Shown: one piece after another, positions 1 to 14,395 of the stretch
Layout of the letters: each line of letters starts with the position of its first letter
Position numbering within the stretch: position 1 is the stretch's first letter
From: Octopus sinensis
Lineage: Eukaryota
Direction: 5' to 3'
Length of the DNA: 64,000 nucleotides
Assembly (NCBI RefSeq): GCF_006345805.1
Contig: NC_043001.1
Coordinates: 124,372,001-124,436,000, forward strand
The notes under the pieces: generated by a model
What the model saw: only the letters and a program-made list of their open reading frames with translations
What the model was told of the DNA's origin: nothing
The model's database searches: none
Position numbers and translations under genes: made by a program

Positions 1-1394
1 TTTTAAACTTGGTCATTCCCAGTAGAGAATTTATATACAGTACTTTAAATAAAAACCTGTTTTTTGCAACACTGTTCTGTCAGAGTGAAAACCCTTCAGG
101 GATCACATTTTTTTATTTAATATCTCCCCTAAATATCAGGGCCATGCATGCTTACGTATCAGAAGAAATCTTTATGCACAATAATTGCAATGAAGCAGTG
201 AATAAAGGCGCCAATGTCCAACAGTACTAAAGAATAATAATGTTTAATGGTAACTCAGAATAGTCTCTGAAACTATTACTTGATCATATAACACTATAAT
301 ATAATAATATCATATAATAAAAGTTCATAACTCCACTTCTCCGGTGATAACAGTTGCCTTATATGTTAACATACTTTAATAATCGGACAAGTAGTTATTT
401 AAACGTATATTTTTGCTAGACAGAAGTTGTTACTGCATAACATATAGTAAATAGCTTTAATTTAGAAGCTGAAACCTGCCAAGTTACACCTGTCAGTTGC
501 ATGTTCTCGATCTCTATCTGTGCCAATATCTTATTGAATTCATATACCGCATCATAATGATGTACCCGAGTACTCATCTACGTCGATGTTATTTTCAGTG
601 ATACACAACATGGTACTGAGAACATACAAATGCAAATGGGGCAGAGAATTCTAGCGCGGCGGATTCGAACACATTTCGGTAGCAAATACTTGATTATGAT
701 ATTATGGTTATGCACAATCGTTTCTATGAATATAAAATATGAATCATACAAAAATAAGCCAAAACCATGCCAACCTTTTTGAAGTTAGTATGACTTGTAG
801 TACGTATCATAGTTTTGCTAGTTGCTTTAGTGACTTATGTAGTCGCTCTAGAACATAAACACCTACTCTCGGCTCTCCTACACTTGGTCCAACAGAACTT
901 CCTCGGTGTAAAATTTAAAGAGACATAGAACATATAAACACTCGATCGATAATCAATTCAGCTTGGTAGACTTGTCATCTATAAAATAATTTAATTACTC
1001 TAGGAAACAATGCATCCTCGGTTTAAGAAACGAACTTACGGTCATATGATCGTGAGCCTATTAACCTGAATGCCAGGGTACAAGTCTTCACTATAGTTAA
1101 AATACTAGTATAAAAAACATTGCAGACTTCTTCCAGTACGTAAATACCAATATTTTTGCCATAACTTTATTTACTTATTCTTCCTCTATACAGCTGACTC
1201 TTAACTTAAACATTTTCATAGATTGAACTGTTTCACGATGCCCAATCCACTGTGAATGATGTTTGAGGTTTGTTAATACAGTGAAACGTATTTACTGACA
1301 TACGTATAAAAGAGGTATATTCTATCAAAGTACTAGCAAGCAATGGTTGGCAGTCGAAATAGTGAATAACCTACACACACACACACATACATAT

Positions 1395-1440
<46 letters not shown>

Positions 1441-1640
1441 AAAATAAGGGTGAAAAAATTGAATATTAATTTAATAACACCAATCTGAACACCAAGTGGT
1501 CTAGCGTATAAAAGACTGGGATTCAGTAAAATTATTAATACAAAACAATGAGAGAGAATCCACTATGTGGACGCTCTAACGCTAGATATAGATCCGTAAA
1601 GGGAATCCACCACCAAAGAATTGTTCTCAAGGAATATATA

Positions 1641-1912
1641 TATATATATCTTTAAAATATTGTTTAAATATTTCTGATTATATTTTAGATATTTCAATTA
1701 CCTGAAGATTGACTGTAACCATAACTCATAACTCGAATTATTACGAATTGGACAGCCATGAAACGATCGTAGTGTTTTACTCATTATCTTTTATTAAACT
1801 TTTAAGACTTTTGATATATATTTAAAATAATATAAATTAATTAATTTTATGTATTGGCTTAAGTTTTTCATTGTTTGATTTGCCTAATAGTGGTTTTATC
1901 TCTAATTTAATA
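1641..1912 (+). mobile_element. Penelope-like pseudo-LTR/3' fragment with hammerhead motif, between (TA)n arrays
   Basis: Reverse complement of ~29150-29440. Contains CTGAAGA (1702-1708) and GAAACGATCGTA (1760-1771). (TA)n on both sides. Confidence 0.7.
1699..1774 (+). ncRNA. Minimal type-I hammerhead ribozyme motif (partly decayed helix II)
   Basis: tac-CTGAAGA-[ttgactgt...acagccat]-GAAA-C-GATC-GTA-gtg. Helix I tac/gtg; helix III palindrome ACGATCGT. Confidence 0.6.
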
Positions 1913-2458
1913 TAATATATATATATATATATAAACGAATACGAAGCGAGAGAAACTACTCAGAATAGTCAATGATACGACAAAGACGATTATGTGTGCA
2001 TTAATTAACAAAGATTCTCGAATTGCTGACAGTATCTTTGCTTCAGGAAAAGGCTGTACCAATAGTTTGGTGGCAAACGAGAGCAAATGCAAATAAGAAG
2101 AAAATATAATCTCAGAAATAAAGAAATCTTAAAAGTGAAAACGTGATTAAAGAACCACAGACTCGTTGCGTCTGTCTGTCTGATCAGCACAATATTATCT
2201 TCGGTAGACGAGACACATGGGCATTAAAAAATCAGACCACGATTAAGGAAGAGGTAATTTGCATAAAGGAAACTAATGCCGCAGGCGAATACGGGTGGGG
2301 ATTTGTCCACAGATGCCAACCCGCCAGAGAGCGCATGTGGTGGATCAGTGTTGGAATGCAATACTTATTGGCTACGGTCTGCCAACGTTAATTCCTTCTG
2401 TTTCAGAACTATATTCACGAAAGGTGAATGAAGGAGAATCATTTTCCAAATGTACTCT

Positions 2459-2480
2459 TGCGTGTGTGTGTACGTCTGTG

Positions 2481-2531
<51 letters not shown>

Positions 2532-2890
2532 GCGTGTATGTGTGTGTGCGTGCGCGTTTTTGTGTGTGTGTGTGTGAGTGTGTGTGTGTGTGTGAGAGTG
2601 TGAGTGTGTATGTGTGTGTATGTGTGTGTAGGTGTGTATGTGTGTGTATGTGTGCGTGTGTGTATGTGTGTGTGTGTGTGAATGTGTGTGTGTGTGTATG
2701 TGTGTGTATGTGTGTGTGTATTTGTGTATGTGTGTGCATGTGTATGTGTGTGTGTATGTGTATGAATGTGCGTGAGTGTATGTGTGTGTATGTGCGTGTG
2801 TGTGTATGTGTGTGCGTATGTGCGTGCGCGTATGTGTGTGCGCGTGCGCGCGCGCGCGTGTGTGTGTGTGCGACCGTGTGTTTGTATGTA
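2459..2890. repeat. Compound (TG)n/(TGTA)n microsatellite
   Basis: Read directly from the sequence. Confidence 0.95.
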
Positions 2891-3417
2891 TAGGTTATTG
2901 TCCACTCAACAAGTTTTGCAACATTACGTTCTTGATCAAGTCATTATCCTTTCTTCTTTCTCCTTTCTATTTTTCCTTCCAATTTCCTGTTTACATGTAT
3001 TATGCTTAGTTCTTCAATATATAACGGTGCAGTGTTTTCTCTTCATTACAATTATCTGTTATTCCACTTTATTTCTTATTAGTTTTCATTGTTGCATTGC
3101 TACGTCGTCAGCAGAGTTTCAAATGTTAGTCATTTGAAGTGGCAAATCGTAATTTCTTTGGTTATTTGATCAAAATCTCCATTGTTCATTGATCTATTTA
3201 TTAAAAGGATTTATTTATTTGTTATGTGTTTATTCATTTATTATGTTTTTATTTTCTTCTAAGCTGCATATTCCAATTTGCATCTTGAGATATCTTCAAG
3301 TTTTGTTTACAATGATTTCAATATAGAAAATCGATAATCCAGGTTTTATTCCAGAAAATTTTCTATTCATTATGTATGTATGAAAATATATAAACGTGTA
3401 TATATATATATACGTAC

Positions 3418-3449
<32 letters not shown>

Positions 3450-3714
3450 ATGTGTCTGTATGTATATATATTTATGTACATGTATATATAAGTACATATA
3501 TATGCATACATACATATATGCCTGTTTGCAAATACATTTGTATGTATATATGCGTGAGTGGCTGTGTGTATGCATGTATGTATGTATGTATGTATGTATG
3601 TATATATGTATATATGTATATACGTATGCATTATAGCTACAGGGAGACCTCTTTTGCTTGTTTTGATTTTATTTGCATTTTATTTCTATCTTATTCATGA
3701 ATTTTTCGTAAGTA

Positions 3715-3728
3715 TCGTCATAATCATT

Positions 3729-3765
<37 letters not shown>

Positions 3766-4299
3766 CCATCATTGCAATCATTATCATCATCATCATCACC
3801 GTCATCACTATCACCGCCACTACCATCATCATCATGATCATCACCATCATCATCACCATCACCGACATTACCATAATCCTCATGATCATCACGATTATCA
3901 TGATCATGATTATAATCATCATCATCGCCATCATCATCATCATCATTATTATTATTATTATCGATAGCATTGTTGTTCTTATTTTAGTTTTCTTTTTCTT
4001 CTAAATCTCGTTGTTCCGTTCTTTGCTGTCATCAGACCTGCCACAATCCTCTACTTATAATCAACCCTCCCTCCCACCACCACCACCACCAGCTACCACC
4101 ATCATTACCTGTATCATCTTCCTATTCAGCTTCCTCTACATCTACATCCATAAATTTTTTTTTGTTCTCATACTTCGTCGGTATTGTCAAAACAGCTACA
4201 TCGTAATCTTTGAAATCTCCTTTACATTTCTATTCCTTTTCCCAATCATCATCATCATCATCATCATCATCTTCATCATCATCATCATCATCGTCATCG

Positions 4300-4330
<31 letters not shown>

Positions 4331-4680
4331 TATCATCATCATTATCATCATCATCTTCGTCATCATCATCGTGATCATCATCATCATCATCATCATCATC
4401 ATCTTTTCTCTGCGTCATCATCTTCCTTTTACTTCCTTATTGTTATCATTATCGTCATCGCCATCTTCCTCCACCTCCTCCTCCTCCTCCTCTTCCCTCC
4501 TCCTCCGCCTCATCATCATCTTTTCACTTCGTCAACATCTTCATTACCTTCCTTATAATTAACATCACCATTATCGTCATCATTCTCATCATTGTCATCA
4601 TCATCATCATCATCATCAGCATCACCACCTTCCACTCCACTACAACCGCCACCATCCCCATAAACAGCATCAGTATCATC
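3715..4680. repeat. Compound trinucleotide repeat field, (ATC)n/(CCA)n/(TCC)n
   Basis: Read directly; it produces the poly-I/M/D ORFs in the track. Confidence 0.95.
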
Positions 4681-4959
4681 ATCAGTTTTTTAAAATGTTA
4701 ATTTCAACATTCCTAGTATTTCTCAACGGTTTTTTTTTTTTTTTTTCACTAAATCCGGGTTGTTGCCTCAAAACTTGAGTGCTTGTTGTTTTCACCTCAT
4801 AATCATTATCATTAACACAACCACCACCACCGCCACCACTACTACCACCGCCGCCACCACTACCTCCACCGCCCCGCTGCCACCACCACCACCACCACCT
4901 GACTCTACTGCAAGTGGCAGCAAAGCGGGAATATTCTCAGTTCTGTGAGCCAAGGCGTA

Positions 4960-5745
4960 GTGACATCTATAAGGAAAAACGAAAACAAGAGGAATATATT
5001 AGATATCTTCAAGCCCATAACTTTCCTCAACACAGAGTTTAAAATTTTGGCTAAGTTTTTAGGGAAGAGGTTGGCGCTTGTCACCGATGATTAGGTTGGG
5101 AGGCACAAACCTGCGCAATACGCGCCAGATTCATACACGACAACCTCCACCCCATGCAATGCATCATAGAAAGGGTAGGGTGTAAACCTGGCTTTGGTGG
5201 GGCTCTCATGAATTTAGATCAATCAGAAGCATTCGATATGTCGACCATCCGTACATGGAGGCTGATGCCAAGGCTTCGACCCTGTCTTCAGGTGTTGGAT
5301 CGCCGTAGTAATACACGCCAGGTCCATACACGACAACCTCCACCCCATGCAATGCATCATAGAAAGAGTAGTGTGTAAACCTGGCTTTCGTGGGGCTCTC
5401 ATGAATTTAGATCAATCGGAAGCATTCGATAGGGTCGACCATCCGTACATGGAGGCTGATGCCAAGGCTTCGACCCTGTCTTCAGGTGTTGGATCGCTGT
5501 AGTAATACGCGCCAGGTCCATACACGACAACCTCCACCCCATGCAATGCATCATAGAAAGGGTAGTGTGTAAACCTGGCTTTCGTGGGGATCTCATGAAT
5601 TTAGATCAATCGGAAACATTCGATAGGGTCGACCATCGGTACATGGAGGCTGATGCCAAGGCAGCCGGCTTCGACCCTGTCTTCAGGTGTTGGATCGCTG
5701 TAGTACACAGCGGCATCTGCTGGGTGGTCAAAGTTAACGTGAAAA
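4960..5745 (+). mobile_element. L1/Tx1-like LINE reverse transcriptase fragment with internal ~194-bp triplication
   Basis: Translates NFLNTEFKILAK and LMNLDQSETFDRVDHRYMEA...GFDPVFRCWIAVVHSGICWVVKVN, RT motifs of the LLNxDYKILAK / LDxxKAFDRVDH type. The unit restarts at 5117, 5310 and 5504. Confidence 0.8.
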
Positions 5746-6654
5746 CGATTTTTTTTCTCATATTCATGTCCCGTTTAAAGCTAAGCAAATTTTTGACTCA
5801 TCATCGTCGTCGTCGTAGCCTATGTCGCCGTCGTCGTCGTCGCTGTCATCATCGCCTGCTTCATCATCATTATCACCATTACCTCCAGCTGCAGCATCGT
5901 AAGCGCAATCATCATGATCTTCGTCAGTGTCATCATTACCATCATCACCGTCATCGTTATCGTCTGGTCGTCGTTACCATCATTGTAATCACCATTCGCA
6001 TCATCATCGTTATCTTCATCATATTCCTCGTTGTCTTCGACGTCGCTACTTCCACCAGTATGACTATTAATCTCCGCCAGGAACATCACCTTGCAAACCT
6101 TGTCCAACAATGTGTTATTAATCAGAATCGCTATGCTCGTATTAATAGCGCGAATAGGAATTTCTCATACTTCCATATTTATATCTTCATCGCATCATCA
6201 TCATCATCATCACTAAAATCTTCTTCATCGTTATCACCATCATCGTCATCATCATTGTCATCATCATCATCAGCAGCAGCATTGACAACAGCAGTCGAAG
6301 CATGTCACGGACCCGTTGTACTTCTTGTTGCTATCATGAAATTTGTCACAAATATTAAAAACAACTTGGCCGAAGGGAAGAACCTAAGGGAAGCTTTCTG
6401 CATGGTGAATCAATCTGTTAATCGAAGTTTTTCAATTCATTACATTACATATGTGAGGACCCTTCTGTATGAGTATTTGGTATGCATAACGTTCCCCTCA
6501 GGTATTTCTCACAACCATATTGCACATGTTTGTAATCAGCGTCAGAACATTCTTTCAGTTTCTCTCTCTATTTCTCCCTCTTTCTATCTCTCCTTCTTTT
6601 CCCCTCTCCTATGTTCTCTATAAATACGTGGACTTGCACAAGCACACGCACACA

Positions 6655-6656
6655 CG

Positions 6657-6692
<36 letters not shown>

Positions 6693-6706
6693 TATGTATG
6701 TATATA

Positions 6707-6805
<99 letters not shown>

Positions 6806-6845
6806 GTAGATAGATAGACAGACAGATAGATAGATAGATAGATAC

Positions 6846-6886
<41 letters not shown>

Positions 6887-6940
6887 GGATGGATAGATAG
6901 GTAGATAGATAGACAGATAGATAGATAGATAGATAGATAC

Positions 6941-6979
<39 letters not shown>

Positions 6980-6980
6980 C

Positions 6981-7012
<32 letters not shown>

Positions 7013-7035
7013 TTAGATATACATATATATACATA
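6655..7035. repeat. (TA)n followed by (GATA)n microsatellite
   Basis: Read directly from the sequence. Confidence 0.95.
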
Positions 7036-7914
7036 TATAAGCATGTGTATGTACAGGCACACATACATGTTTGTGTGTGTGTGTGTGTGCGCGCGCACGC
7101 GCATAGAATGATCTATGAAAAGTTTGGTGACCCATCAACACCACTGTTGATATCGCTTTTAATTTTCTAACTACGTTTTCTCTTTGAGTGCAAACAAAAC
7201 AAAACAAAACAAAATCTAACGTTTCTGGGTCCATATTAACTTTGATTTGATAAAACACACCGATGATTGCCCACGTGACAAAAGTTATCATTGAATTTAC
7301 GCACGAACAAGTCAAGGGCTAGTAGCAGTGTAGAAAGATACAGTAACATGATGTGACGAAAGCAGCTAACCTGGTGGGACCTTGAGCTATCGTATGACTT
7401 CTGTTTAGGCACCAAGTAGCTTATGTTCGTTGAAACTCATTTGCGTGGCCAAAAGTATTATCAAATAAAATGAACAGAGGTTTATTACCCATCGATTCCG
7501 ACATAAGATTACTCTAAGTTATGGAAGTAGAGCGTACAATAACATACAAGCAAAGTAATACAAGCTGTAACATATCTCAGGGAATTTAAATCCTTGACAT
7601 CTGCAGCCCAAAAGTTTAATCTTAATCCATAAAACTTGTACTAGAACAACTAGATTGTTAGTTGCGTTGAAGATAGTCAAAAGTTTCATCAATTATAGAC
7701 CTGCGAGATGCATTCGCCGAAGATTGGATAAAGAAATATCAGTCATTTATTAATAAAATTAACAAAATTTAAGCTTTATGGGTGAAAACCTATGGTATCC
7801 GTTAAAAGAATGTCTACAAAGTGCAGAAGAAACAAAATTTTAATCATTTTTCATGAAGTTATTACGAGTTAAATTATTGAAATTTTATTGTCGTGGCAAC
7901 AAAGTACTGTATGT

Positions 7915-9322
7915 ATGTGTGTCATTATTCAGTTTCTTTCAGGAATTCTTGCGAAAAGAGAATGAACCAGTTTCTAACCTACATCCAAGGTTCCTTCATT
8001 GGAATTTCAACTTCAAGAACATAGTATTTTTGTTTGTATGTATGTATGTATTTTTGTATGTATGTATGCATGTATGTATGTATGTATGAATGTATGTATA
8101 TATTTATGTGTAGATTCATATGTTTTATGTATGTATTATCATGCATATAGTTACATATCTAGACATGCTTATATATATTTAAATGATAAACTTCTGGAAA
8201 GTTTTATAGAATTTTTCAGTTCCAATGATGGATCGGATCTGTAGTCTTCGAATTAGCTTTCTCCTTTCTGGTTTTGAGAAGCCTATTTTCTCAAGATTGG
8301 TACTTAGGCAGTGTGTTACATACCCCAGGACCCCAATAATTACAGGTATAAACCTTAACTTGTAATCTGGATAAAGTAACTGCAGATTCCTCAATAATTC
8401 AGCATCGGTATTCTCTTTTCATTGATCTTCAGCTTTATGTTAACATCCGTTGGGCAGCTAATTTCCACAACTGTACACAGTTCCTTTTCTCCATCCCAAA
8501 TCATTATATCAGGTCTGTTGTACTTATATTTTACTGAGGTCTTCACTGGTACATTCCACCAGCATTCCTTTTTATTATGAATGGCTATGGCTTCTACCAT
8601 ATTGTGGGTTCTTATTTCTTTGTCCTCGGGATTATCCTTCCGAAGAATTTCATTATAGTTTCCTAACTAAACCGTCATGTCTCGTCGGTAGATAATACCG
8701 TGATGACATTTTCAGACAACTGCTTATGATGTGGGTGATATCTTCAGTATGAACTCCACAAAGTCTGCATCGGTTGTTACATTTTACTGCTTTTCTTGCA
8801 TCTCTATTCCTTTTGTGTATTAGGTACTTGGTTGCTATATCCTGTTGCTCGGTTGCAAACGCATACTCTTCAAAGTGGGATGTTGTAACCCGGTCATTGG
8901 TCCATGATAAACTGCTTTGATGATCGATGTTACCATCATCATGGACCTTTCTACTAACATATCCATGCATAATATTCTGCTAATATAGATTCATCCTTTC
9001 ATCTGATGATATGTGGCAGTGGAATCGTGCGACTTCTTTAGGCATGTATTCTAGGTTATCAGACAGTGTGTTGCTCAAAGAGCTGCCTTCCAAGTCTTAT
9101 GATGTTACCAGCCTCATGTATGCAAACTTGGTCAAGGGATGCACATCAACACTTGGTGGTTAAAAGATGTTCCCTAAGGGATATGATGCGACATTCAAAG
9201 GCATTTTGGAACGATGTTAAGCCTCCCCTGCTTTGTTTTCGTATTTTTCGTGTTTTCACATCAATGTCTCGGATCTCACCAAGCGTCCAATGAAGCAGCC
9301 CAAATGTTGGTATGAGTACTGG
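7915..9322 (-). mobile_element. 5'-truncated, frameshifted R4/Dong-like non-LTR retrotransposon (RT end, CCHC knuckle, PD-(D/E)xK restriction-like endonuclease)
   Basis: Minus-strand frames: IPTFGLLHWTLGEIRDIDVKTRK..SRGGL; MHGY...CRLCGVHTEDITHIISSC...RHD; NRPDIMIWD..VVEISCP; FIPVIIGVLG. Probable 3' UTR runs to ~7915. Clade call is from motif pattern only. Confidence 0.85.
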
Positions 9323-9903
9323 TATGGTTATGTATCTATGTATGTATCTATGTATGCGTCTATGTATGTATGTACGTATGTATGCCCAACTATATATAGA
9401 GATAGATAGATAGATAGATAGATAGAAAATTAAATGAACGAAATTTTTAATTTAAAATCACTATAATTCTTTCTAGACATATACAGTTATAGTACATTGG
9501 TGAGCTGTTATGTAACCATTATCAAACGACAATAACATTCTACAAGGTTTTTAGCCGAAACATATTCAAACGAGTGTGTGTCTGTGTGTGTGTGCATGCA
9601 TGTATGTATATTTATATGTATAAGTTTTGTAGGTATAAGTTAGAGGTGTTTAAAACATCTAAGAGATGGTTAAATCCAAAACCGCTCCTTCTTGCAGATG
9701 TATATGTATGTATGTATGTATATATATATATATGTGTGTGTGTGTGTGGTGTGTGCGTGCGTGTGTGTGTGTGTGCGTGCGTGTGTGTGTGTGCGTGCGT
9801 GTGTGTGTGCAAGCAAACACACACAAATGTATATACACATACACACATGCACATATACATATATATCTGAAAAGATCAATAGACAATAGAGAAATAGACA
9901 AAA

Positions 9904-9964
<61 letters not shown>

Positions 9965-10179
9965 ATGCCTTAGTCTTACCAACTCAACAAAATTGGCCTT
10001 ATTGCAAGGTGCGATTCAAACATGTTTGTAGGTCTGCTTACACGAACTGGCTTTCAAGACGGAAGATCGAATCCCAAGTCAATATTTTTGCTATATGCGA
10101 TTCCCTTGCGTATGCATTCAATAACACCATCGACAAATTCAGAAACAAATGCACATCGTACAGGCCATTCTCAAAACCA

Positions 10180-10574
10180 TCATCACTGCTATCATCATTA
10201 TGATGACCATGACTATAATCACCACCACCACCAACCACCACCATCATCATCATTATTAACGTGATCATCGCCATCATCATCATCATCGTCGTCGTCATCA
10301 TCATCGTTGTCATGATCATCGTCGTCATGATCATCGTCGACATCATCATTATCAGGATCATCGTCATCATCATTATCATCATCATCATCCACATCATCGC
10401 CGTCATCATCATCAACATCATCATCATTATCATTATCATCATCATCATTGTCATCATCTTCATCATCATCATCATCATCATCATCGTCGTCTTCATCATC
10501 ATCGTCGTCATCATTATCATCATCATCATCATCATCGTCATGATCATCATTATCCTCATCATTATCTTCATCAT

Positions 10575-10607
<33 letters not shown>

Positions 10608-10865
10608 CATCATCATCATCATTATCATTGTCATCATCTTCATCATCATCATCATCATCTTCATCATCATCGTCGTCTTCATCATCATCATCGTCGTCAT
10701 CATTATCATCATCATCATCATCATCATCGTCATGATCATCATTATCCTCATCATTATCTTCATCATCATCATCATCATCGTCATCGTCATCATCATCATT
10801 ATCATCATTATCATCATCATCATCATCTTCATCATCATCATCATCATCATCATCACCATCATCAT
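10180..10865. repeat. (CAT)n trinucleotide array with ~190-bp higher-order duplication
   Basis: Diagnostic variant tatcctcatc recurs at 10551 and 10743. Confidence 0.9.
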
Positions 10866-11204
10866 TGACAACATCAAAATGATTACGATGGTAAACAAGA
10901 GCACCAGCAGCAGCCACGCTAGCTGCAGCAGTAGCAACCACACAAACCTCCACGAATTATGGCACCGTTATCATCACGTCACACAGGATCCTCCTACTCT
11001 TCTCTTAGTCACCATTATTATCATTTCGCTCAATGTATTCTAAATCGTCTTAAGAACTAAATACCATAAAAATTCTGCAAGAGAAACCCTGTCTGTCGTG
11101 CAACGCATTGTCATAACACACCAAGACCTTCGTCAACACTTTTTGCTTCTTTACGTTTTGCTCTGAGACAAGACCAAAGGCAATGCTATCAGCAAAAACG
11201 ACTA

Positions 11205-11234
11205 TAATAATGATGATGATGATAATGATGATGA

Positions 11235-11283
<49 letters not shown>

Positions 11284-11367
11284 TCGACAACGACAACAAT
11301 AATGATAATATAAATGGGGATCATGATGGTGATGATGATGGTGATAAAGGTAATAATAATAATAATA

Positions 11368-11399
<32 letters not shown>

Positions 11400-11411
11400 G
11401 TAGTAGCAGTA

Positions 11412-11443
<32 letters not shown>

Positions 11444-11621
11444 CAGAAGAAGAAGAAGAAGAAAAAGAAGATGAAGAAGAAGAAGGAGAAGAAGAAGGAG
11501 AAGAAGAAGGAGAAGAAGAAGAAGAAGAAGAAGAAGAAGAAGAAGAAGAAGAAGAATAATTATGAGAATGATCGTGATGAAAATGATAATTATGATAATG
11601 ATAATAACAACAACGACGACG

Positions 11622-11654
<33 letters not shown>

Positions 11655-11735
11655 TAATAATAATAATAATAATAATAATAGTAATAATAATGATGATGAT
11701 GATGATGATGATGATAATAATAATAATAATAAAAT
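11205..11735. repeat. Compound (GAT)n/(AAT)n/(GAA)n repeat
   Basis: Read directly from the sequence. Confidence 0.95.
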
Positions 11736-11923
11736 ATGACTACGCAACCAATTAAAATGCTAGCTTCATCTAATTGTTCTGCCTCATGAAATAGCGTTCT
11801 TTACTTCAACTGTGGCTGCCATATTACATGGCAATTTCTCTCAACAAATTAATATTCTGTACCTAATAATTTCTATTATACTTGCCAGAGTGTTGAAGTT
11901 CTGGTCATTTCGGTGAGGTGATA

Positions 11924-11980
<57 letters not shown>

Positions 11981-12869
11981 AGTGGACGTTGACTTCTTAA
12001 TAGCATTGTTGTTGTTGTAAATCGTTGTGATAGTATTCTTGTTATTGTTATTATGGTAGTGGTGGTGGTGGTGGTGGTGGTGGTGGTGGTGTATGTGTGT
12101 GGGTGGTGTTGTTAGTGGGGGTGTTTATATCAGTAGCTGTGGTTATAATCTTGCTGTTGTTGGATGCTGAAGATACCGGTGGTGTAAGTGGAGGAGGTGG
12201 TGGTGGTGGTGGTGGTGGTGGTGGTGGTGATTGTGGTAGCGGTGATGGTTGATTCAGTTGAAGTGAAGGTGAGGGTTTCGTACTGATGTTGCATGTCGTG
12301 GTAGTAACGGCGGTGATGGTGGTGGTAACGCTGATCTTAATGGTAGTAGTAGTAGTGATGAAAGTGGTAGTGACAATCGTGGTGGTAGCAGTGAAGGTGA
12401 TAGTAGAGGCGACAATGGTGACAACGGTGAGTGTGGTGGTAAAGGTGCTGGCGGTAGTTTCGGTCCACGCTTATTTTTGTTTTTTTTTATGTTGTTTTGG
12501 TTTTGAATTCTTTTTTGATTTGGAGCTTTTTATGTCTTCATAATTGGCATTATTTTACGAATTTGGCAAGATCGTTAAAACGTCGGAAAATGCCTAGCGG
12601 TATTTCTGCAGGCTGTTTACGTTCTGAATTCATATTCCGCCTGAGTCAAATTTGCCTTTTATCCTGTCGATATCGATAAAGTAAGGTAACAGAATAGTAC
12701 TGACAACCCTACCCTCAAAATTGTTGATCTTATACTTAAGTGAAAAAGAATTATTTTGTCAAGAACAATACAGATGCAGCATCTAGTTTCCAGAGCTATT
12801 CAGGTTTTGCAGATTTTTCGATGCAGTGATGGTAACCTTGGTCAACATATTCTAAATTAAACAAATATT

Positions 12870-13181
12870 GTTTTGTTGTTGTTCGTTCCTGATCGAGCCA
12901 CGCCTGGCTCATGGGGCCAGTTTCCGGGTTTCCTTAGCGCATAGATTCCCCACCTGGACGGGTCGGCGGTCCGTCGCAGGTGAGCTGCAAGGTGCAGGAG
13001 GAAAAAATGAGAGAAAGTTGTAGCGAAAGAGTCAGCAGAAGTTCGCTATTACCTTCTGCCGGAGCCTCGTGGAGCTTAGGTGTTTCGCTCGTCAACACAC
13101 ACATCGACCGGTCTGTGATTCGAACCTGCGATCAATCGACCGCGAGTCCGCTGCTCTAACCACTAGGCTATGTGCCTCCAC
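12870..13181 (-). mobile_element. tRNA-derived SINE, family R, tail type B
   Basis: Reverse complement of the 38343-38644 copy. tRNA-like head. Flanking near-direct repeat taaacaa(a/g)tatt at 12858 and 13182. Confidence 0.85.
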
Positions 13182-13589
13182 TAAACAAGTATTAATTTTA
13201 CTTCAATAATTTACTGAAAAACTGGTACCTTAGTATAAAATGTACAAGTTTATTAATACTAGTCTGTGAAAGCTATCAGTAAACTAGTCTGGTGGCTGCG
13301 GTAGTATGAAGCTCCTGTTTATAGATAGATTAGTGCGGATTACAAGAGATCCGGATCATCAGTGTCTGGATAGTCATTTAATTTTGTCGTTTGATCTCAT
13401 TTGGATTTCGTTTTCTTTTATTTATTTATTGTTTGAATGTTTTTAATTGCATGTTCAAAAAAAGACCTATTTACAAGGAACCTTTGATTGGTGGAAGTAT
13501 GTGATGATATCCACCTCAAACGAGATCAACCTTGTACTTTTGCTGGACCAGGTGTTGGTGTCAAACCTGGAGAGGATTAAGTCAGTTAT

Positions 13590-14395
13590 ATGGTTGGTTG
13601 GTTGGTTGGTTGGCTGGTTGGTTGGTTGGTTGGTTGGTTGGTTGGTTGGTTGGTTGGTTGGTTGGCTAGTTGGCTGGTTGGTTGGTTGGTTCGTTCGTTC
13701 ATTGTTTGTTTGGTTGGTTGATTGGTTGATTGGTTGGTTTGTTGGTTGATTGGTTGTTTGTTCGTTGGTTCGTTCGTTGTTTGGTTGGTTGGTTCGTTCG
13801 TTCGTTGTTTGGTTGGTTGATTGCTTGCTTGCTTGACTAGTTGATTCATTCGTTATTTGGCTGGTTGGTTAGTTGGTTGGTTGGTTCATTGGTTGTTTGG
13901 TTGGCTGATTGGTCGGTTGATTGGTTGTTTGGTTGGTTGACTTGCTGGTGTGTTGATTTATTGGTTGGTTAATGGTTCATAGGTTGGTTGATTGGTCGGT
14001 TGTTTAGTTAGATGACTCGATGATTAGTTGATTGTTTGGTTGGATGGTTGGATGATTGATTGGTTAGTTGATTGGTTGATTGGTTGTTTGGTTGGTTATC
14101 TGGCTGGTGGGTTGGTTTCTTGGTTAGTTTGTTGGTTAATGGTTGATTGGTTGGTTGATTGATTGCTTGATTGATTGGTTGATTGATTGGGTGATTGGCT
14201 GATTGGTTGGTCGGTTGGTTAGTTAACTGGTTGTCTGGTTGGTTGGTTGGTTGTTTGACTAATTGATTGGTTGGTTGATTGGTTTGTTGGCTTGTTTGCT
14301 GGTTGGTTTGCTGGCTGGTTGGTCGGTTGGTAGGTTGATTGGTTTGTTTGTTGGTTGGCTGGCTGGTTGGTTGGTTGGTTGGTTGGTTGGCTGAG
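13590..14395. repeat. (TTGG)n tetranucleotide satellite, degenerating rightwards
   Basis: Read directly from the sequence. Confidence 0.95.

Noticed and set aside
5541-6623. 360-aa ORF, the longest in the track
   Set aside because: Chance read-through from an RT fragment into trinucleotide repeats; no coherent protein.
10219-10953. 244-aa poly-Asp ORF with a hydrophobic N-terminus, resembling acidic shell-matrix proteins such as Aspein
   Set aside because: It starts at GTG with a stop just upstream, has no ATG start, and is simply the (CAT)n array, which is open in several frames on both strands.
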